From assembly GCA_964016885.1 (NCBI GenBank), contig OZ024742.1, positions 197,594,001 to 197,658,000 of the forward strand: a stretch of DNA of 64,000 nt, written 5' to 3'. This document shows positions 57,811 to 64,000 of the stretch, piece after piece (position 1 is the stretch's first letter; every line of letters begins with the position of its first letter). Position numbers and translations under genes: made by a program. Under the pieces are notes generated by a model. The model searched no databases, was not told the DNA's origin, and saw nothing but the letters and a program-made list of their open reading frames with translations. The stretch comes from Eledone cirrhosa. Taxonomy: Eukaryota.

Positions 57811-58019
57811 ATGTCATAGTGTAGGAGTTGTTATTATTGTTGCTGTGGTGGTGGTATACTGTCATAGTGTAGGAGTTGTTGTAAGGTTGTTGTGATGTAA
57901 ATGGTGTTGTGGCTTTGTTGTGATGTTGTATGGTTGGGTTTTTGTGGTGGTGATGTATGTTATTGTGATGATGGGATATTGTTTGGTAGTATGTTGTTCG
58001 AATACTATGGTAATGTGTG

Positions 58020-58360
58020 ATACTAGTGGTTGTATTGTAATAGCAGTGGTTGTGTTGTGTTGTGTTAGTAGTGGTTGTGTTATGTTGTGTTGTAATAGCA
58101 GTGGTTGTGTTGTGTTGTGTTAGCAGTGGTTGTGTTATGTTGTGTTGTAATAGCAGTGATTGTGTTGTGTTGTGTTAGTAGTGGTTGTGTTATGTTGTGT
58201 TGTAATAGCAGTGGTTGTGTTGTGTTAGTAGTGGTTGTGTTATGTTGTGTTGTAATAGTAGTGGTTGTGTTGTAGTAGAAATGGTTGTGTTGTGTTATAA
58301 TAGTAGTGGTTGTGTTGTGTTAGTAGTAGTTGTGTTCTGATAGCAGTGGTTGTGTTTTTA
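58020..58360. repeat. ~40-bp TGTGT-rich minisatellite
   Basis: agtggttgtgttatgttgtgttgtaatagc repeated. Confidence 0.9.
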
Positions 58361-58492
58361 ACAGTCAATATCTAGAGTTATAAAAGGTATAATAATAACA
58401 CGAACAGATGTAAATCAGCTTACTCCAGGTAAGACTGATTACTATTGTCAGCAGCAGCAAAAGAATAATATATTATAATATAATATAATATA

Positions 58493-58539
<47 letters not shown>

Positions 58540-58714
58540 ATGATGATGATAAATATCTATTTATCATCATTATTAAATGATAAAAAGGATGTATATGTAA
58601 ATCATAGTAATGAGATAAAGACACATTACTATGATTTATAAAGAGCTCAGTCTCTCTTCCTTGAGCTCATTGGATCATTGTGAGTTTTTAACTCTACCTT
58701 GTAAAGTGATCATG

Positions 58715-58915
58715 TAGGTGTCACAACAAAAAGCACCCAACACACACTGTAAATGTCGTTGGTGTTAGAAAGGACATCCAGCCATAGGAAACCAGCCAGA
58801 AACTCTCCTATATGAGCGAGACATGGTCACTCAACCCAACTTGTCTCTAAATGGGAAAAACCTGTCTAACTCATGCTAGCGTGGAAGATAGACGTTAATC
58901 GATGATGATGATGAT
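58715..58915 (+). mobile_element. SINE 3' part with (GAT)n tail (third family)
   Basis: aaaagcaccca...aaggacatccagcc.taga.aacc...gctagcgtggaa...gacgttaa..gatgatgatg; copies at 59195-59300 (-) and 61135-61553 (+). Confidence 0.7.
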
Positions 58916-59884
58916 ATATATAAGAAAATTTCATAATAATACCACCAGCCCAGTAGTACTTCAAGGGAACAAGGACCCTTAAAAGATCCTAACTATAAAT
59001 TCATAAGGCAGAAAACTGGCAGAGCCATTCAGGCATCTGATTAAATTTGTGGTATTTGTTTTGGCTTTCTGTACTCTTGAGTTCAAAACCCACCAAGGTT
59101 GATATTAGCATTCCTCTTTTGGGGGTTGATAAAAAAAAGTACCAACCAGTTCAGTTTAGAGGATTGGTGAAACAAATTGTGAGAGCATCATACATGATTA
59201 TCATCAGCATTTTTACATCCACCTTTCCATGCTAGCTTGGGGTTGGATGTGAAGTTTTGATTCAATGTTTTACAGCTGGTTGCCCTTCCTGATGTCAGCT
59301 CATCTAGTCACCTCTTTTGGCAAGCTAGGATACAGTGCACCTATTCTAAAGACTAGGATGTACATGCTTTGCAGAATCTCTTTCGTCCCTATGTGTACTG
59401 ATGTTACCTATGATGTCACTTTTCCCAAACTGTATCAGCTTATGTCTTTCCTTTGAACAATATCGGTGGCATGGAGAGGAGGGATTTATACATATAGGTA
59501 ACAGCTGGTTTTCTACAAAAAAAACTTGTCTCAACAAGGTTTTTGTAAAAGACATACACACACACGTATGTATTATGTTATTCTTTCATTAGACTGTGGA
59601 TTTAGTTGATCATAATGAGTCCAGTATTTATCTTTTTCAAGTCTGATATTTATTTCATCAATCTCTTTTCTTTGTGCCTAGGAGTGGAACTTTCCAGAAG
59701 TAGATACATGTTGTCATCAGACATACAGGGGCCAAAGAGAGAAATTAATAACAATATCAACCATTTCTTTAACTCTTTTGATATTAAACTGCCCCTGGTT
59801 CTATGTTAAGACATTTAGTTTAGAGTGTTTATATTTATCTGAAAATCGTTCATCATAATTTTATGTAACAACCTTTAGTAAGTT

Positions 59885-60073
59885 ATGTTCCAAGCACCAG
59901 CAATTTAGAGGAAGGGATTTGTAGGTTAAACCAGTATTTTATCTTATTGACCCCAGAAGGATGAAAGGAAAAGTTGATATCTGTAGGATTTGAATTGAGA
60001 ACATAGAAAGTCATTAAGTAAATGCTGCAAAGCATTTTGTCCGACACTCTACCAATACTGCCAATCCACCACC
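59885..60073 (-). mobile_element. tRNA-derived SINE nested in a piggyBac-like MITE
   Basis: gaccccagaaggatgaaagg...gatttgaa...atactgccaatccacc. Confidence 0.85.
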
Positions 60074-61134
60074 ATAACACCAGATTGATAATAAGAAAGT
60101 TAATTATATTAGTAAATCCCTCAAAATTCATTCAAGATTACATGTAATTAATTATAGCAGTTGCTTCCATTAGAAATATGGTAACAAAACAGTTAATGAA
60201 ACCAACAGACTTAGAAATAATGTTACTCTAAAACTGGGTTTCCAGACTTTTCACAATCAAAGACCATAACAAGAATCTCTTAATTAAGGAGAAGGTCATG
60301 AAAGTTGAGCAAAGGGTTGGTGAGGGAGAGGAAACAATTGATTAAAAGCCCCATAAACCCCTACCAGTAATTAACTGAAAGATTATTTTATCAAGAAGGC
60401 AAAGTTGAAATTCATCTAGATTTGAATTTAGATCACAAAGATCTGGAAACTTTTTCAAGGTATCATAACATATATAATATGGATGATGATTATGTTTCTC
60501 AGTAGAAAAGCTCAATGGACATATGTGTTTCTCAAACGATATTTGGTCCTTTCTCTCTCTATATATCTTTTAATTTGAATTATATATATACGATGGCCTT
60601 CTGGATTTTCCATCTACAAAATTCCATTCACAAGGTGTTGGTCAATCTAAGAGGCTATAGCAGAAGATATTTGCCTAGGGTGCCACAGAATGAACTGAAC
60701 AAAGAAGTTGAATTAGAGTGAAGGCAATACAATTTGAATTATTTTAGGTAATCCCTTGAACACTCAATGATATAAGAAATTAATTTTTTTTATTTCAGAG
60801 TACTCTTTTGATTTAGAGTGGATTGACTAGGAACAATCCATTATAGATGGTGTGTATGGCTTTTACAGTAGATAACTACAATAACAAATACAAAGAGAAA
60901 AGAAATATTAAGAGAACATAAAATACATGATGTATTCTCTGAGGTGAAGTAAACTGTGATGAAATGCCCCCATTCTTCCACTCTCACTTTAAATAAAGTG
61001 ACTGTAATGCAACAAGGCCAACAATACTGTTTCAGCAAACAATAGTTACCATCGGAAAAATATTTCCACATAGAAAGATTTCAAATGGGATCAAAATGTA
61101 TGTATGCTTCAAATTTTATTGCACCAAATAAAGT

Positions 61135-61553
61135 GGTCGTGTAGGTGCCATGACAAAAAACAGCTAGTCCACACAGTAAAGTAATCATATTGGTGACAAA
61201 GAGCACCAATCCCACACTGAAAAGTGGTCATATTGGTGACATGACAAAATGCACCCAGTCCACACTGTAAAGTGATTCTGTTGGTGACATAACAAAAAAC
61301 GCCATGTCCATGCTGTAAAGTGGTTGTGTTTGTGTCAAAACAAAAAGTGCCCAGTTCACAATGTAAAGTGGTCGTTTTGGTGCCACAATAAAAGGCACGC
61401 AGTCAAAAGTATAAATGTGCTTGGCATTAGGACGGGCATCCAGCTGTAGAAACCAGGCCAGAAACAGTCATCTGACTGACATGTCTCACAATAGAGCAAC
61501 CTGTCTAACCCATATTAGCGTGGACAAAGGGACATTGAATGGTGATGAGGATG
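61135..61553 (+). mobile_element. SINE 3' part with internal ~55-59-bp tandem amplification (~5 units)
   Basis: ggtgacatgacaaaa.gcacccagtccacactgtaaagtg repeated before ttggcattaggacgggcatccagctgtagaaacc. Confidence 0.7.
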
Positions 61554-61711
61554 ATATATATATATAAACCCCCAGCGGTTGCTGGTATTCATTTTCAGCT
61601 GAGTATACTGGAGCTACGTGAAATGAAGTCTTTTGCTCAAGAACAAAACACGCAACCTATTATGATTGTAAGTCCAACACCCTTACCACTAGGCCACGTG
61701 CCTCCACTGAC

Positions 61712-61749
<38 letters not shown>

Positions 61750-61873
61750 AACATATTCACATTTTTTCACCATCGGCCTTTTGAGTTATTGAGTTTGGGT
61801 AGAGGGAAGAGTTCAATGTGATTCAAATTATAGATGCCAAACAAACAACTGACTATGAATTCAGCCGAGTAAT

Positions 61874-62062
61874 AATTGTTTCTACTTTTTGGCACAATGC
61901 CAGAAACTACCCAGTGCATTACTGGTACTTTATTTTATCGACCCCGTAAGGATGAAAGGCAAAGTTAACCTCGGCGGGATTCGAACTCAGAATGGCAACG
62001 GCCGTAACTCTATGCGTCAAAGCATAGCATCCGACCCTCTACCGATACTGCCAATCCACCGC
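61874..62062 (-). mobile_element. tRNA-derived SINE (young subfamily)
   Basis: Reverse complement of 18670-18858 with few differences. Confidence 0.92.
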
Positions 62063-62764
62063 GTAATAATGGAAATTTCCTTCAATAATACAGAAAAAAT
62101 GGCAAAATATTGAAATATGCTTCTTAGTTCTTTCAGTTAAAAAAAAAGAGAAAATAAAAAACAAGGAGCAGCTGCAATGAAGGCAACCCGTCTAAGATAA
62201 CAGTAACTCCATATAAATACTTGAATGAAGTACAACCCATCCATGGAGGCAGTATCCTGAACAGAGATGTAGACTCTATAAGTTGTAGGGAAGGCATCTA
62301 ATCTAAGACAGCAATCACTCTGAATTAAAACTGATGGTGGAAAGGAGACACTTTAGTCCTGACATACAATCTCTCCAGTGCTGGTGACAGTCTAATATAC
62401 ACCTGTTCCATGGTGTGAAGTAGTCGGTGATAGGGGAAGTAGTGGGAGGAAACTACCTTGAACAGAGCAGTGCTTGTGATTCATAACCAGTTTGTTCCAG
62501 GTGATAAAGATTAAGTTTAGCTGTTCTCTCTGGAAATTAAAAAGCTGAAAAATGTTTCAATAAAGCTTTAACAGTGGTTTTCAAAATTCCAGGTCATATT
62601 TCTTCCCTTACAATACCAGTTTTCCTCAATTCCTCTCCATTTTCAATCATTTGATAAGTTTTCACCTAAGCACCATATTAACATGAGCAAGCTTTACAAA
62701 TCTCAATAATTGTGTAATCCTAAATGATATGATATTCATAGTCACTCTTATAGTTGTGTATGTT

Positions 62765-62799
<35 letters not shown>

Positions 62800-63089
62800 T
62801 GTATATATGTTGTTTTACCCTTTCGTTCTAATGTAAGACACTATCTATGTTGTTTAACCATTTCATTAACATATTTCTAATAAAAGATTGCCTATTTTGT
62901 TTAACCATTTCATTACTATATTTCTAATAGAAGACACTGCTTATGATTTTTAAATAATTTTTAAAATAATCAAGAATTGGGGTGATTTAGTGATATAACT
63001 CATTTTCTCAAAGCAACAATATAACAATTTAGTGTTTGTACCTACCCTTACCTTAATCACAATTACAAGCAGCTAAACTGGAGTTCCTT

Positions 63090-63400
63090 CAAATAGTCTT
63101 TAGAGTAATGTTACTTGAATGGGTGTGTAGCTTGGAGATCAGTGAGTCACTCCAAGTAGAGCCACTACTTCTCCAAAACAAGCGATCACTGTTCCAATAC
63201 TACAGGCATAGTTAGAATGTCTATTTGAAGAATCACTGGACAGATTTTACAAGCAAAGCCAGCTGGCAGGAAACCCTATGGAAGACAATGAGCAAGATGA
63301 TTGTATAACATCCATGAGTTTGGTTGGTATCACTTGGGGATCCAGCTGGATCATTTGAAAACTGTTACTTACGATAGAACCTCCGAGAAGGTGTATCTGA
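63090..63400 (+). mobile_element. Decayed RTE LINE 3' fragment
   Basis: gttagaatgtct...agaatcactggacagattttac is shared with 32617-32657. Confidence 0.65.
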
Positions 63401-63737
63401 GGAGGAGGAGGAGGAGGAGAAGAAGAAACCTTTTTATTAAATTGGTGTTCAGAACAACTAAGGTTATTACATAAAATTATAGTGGAAAGTTTTTTTTAGA
63501 TAAATATAAACACTTTAACTTGTTAACATATTTCTGACAGATGCTGCCAATGATTTTCATTTAATTTTGAAAATTATCAGGAATTTGGAGGGATTTAGTG
63601 ATATCACTAACTTTTAATTTTCAATTTTTTAAGTTGGTGTTTGACATAACTTTCTTCTTACATAAAATGTGAATACTTTAAAACAAATAGTTTTGTTTTA
63701 TAGAAATATGAGCAGTTTCATGTAGTTTAATAATAAT

Positions 63738-63925
63738 AATTGTTTCTACTTTAGGCACAAGGCCAGCAATTACCCAGTGCATTACTGGTACTTTATTTTA
63801 TCGACCCATTAAGGATGAAAGGCAAAGTCAACCTCGGCAGGATTTGAACTCAGATCGTAAAGGGACGTAACTATGCTGGAAAGCATGGTGTCCGACCCTC
63901 TACCGATACTGCCAATCCACCGCCC
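63738..63925 (-). mobile_element. tRNA-derived SINE (young subfamily)
   Basis: Reverse complement of 18670-18858. Confidence 0.92.
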
Positions 63926-64000
63926 TTAGTTTAATAATAATAATGAAAATTATTGTGTAGTGCTCAGGTGCACCACAATTCATCAAAGGTGCATATATAG

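Overview
AT-rich animal genomic DNA, most consistent with an octopod cephalopod (inferred from the SINE families and very large (TA)n arrays). It has one 200-N gap and is dominated by repeats. The only convincing host gene is a TMEM74/neurensin-like two-TM protein encoded in a single coding exon (27728-28117, +). Most other long ORFs are microsatellite artefacts ([12 protein letters not shown]). Mobile DNA includes CRE-type, RTE and CR1/L2-type LINE fragments (one RTE with a twin-priming 5' inversion, one internally deleted RTE), non-autonomous Helitrons, Tc1/mariner, Tc2-like and piggyBac-like MITEs, and many tRNA-derived SINEs. The most striking feature is a dense set of Penelope-like element (PLE) remnants carrying minimal type I hammerhead ribozymes, at least seven with intact cores. 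Several sit in short fold-back palindromes beside (TA)n with ribozyme motifs on both strands, and many of these ends share a GAGTRCTC motif. All calls were made by eye; coordinates of decayed repeats are approximate.
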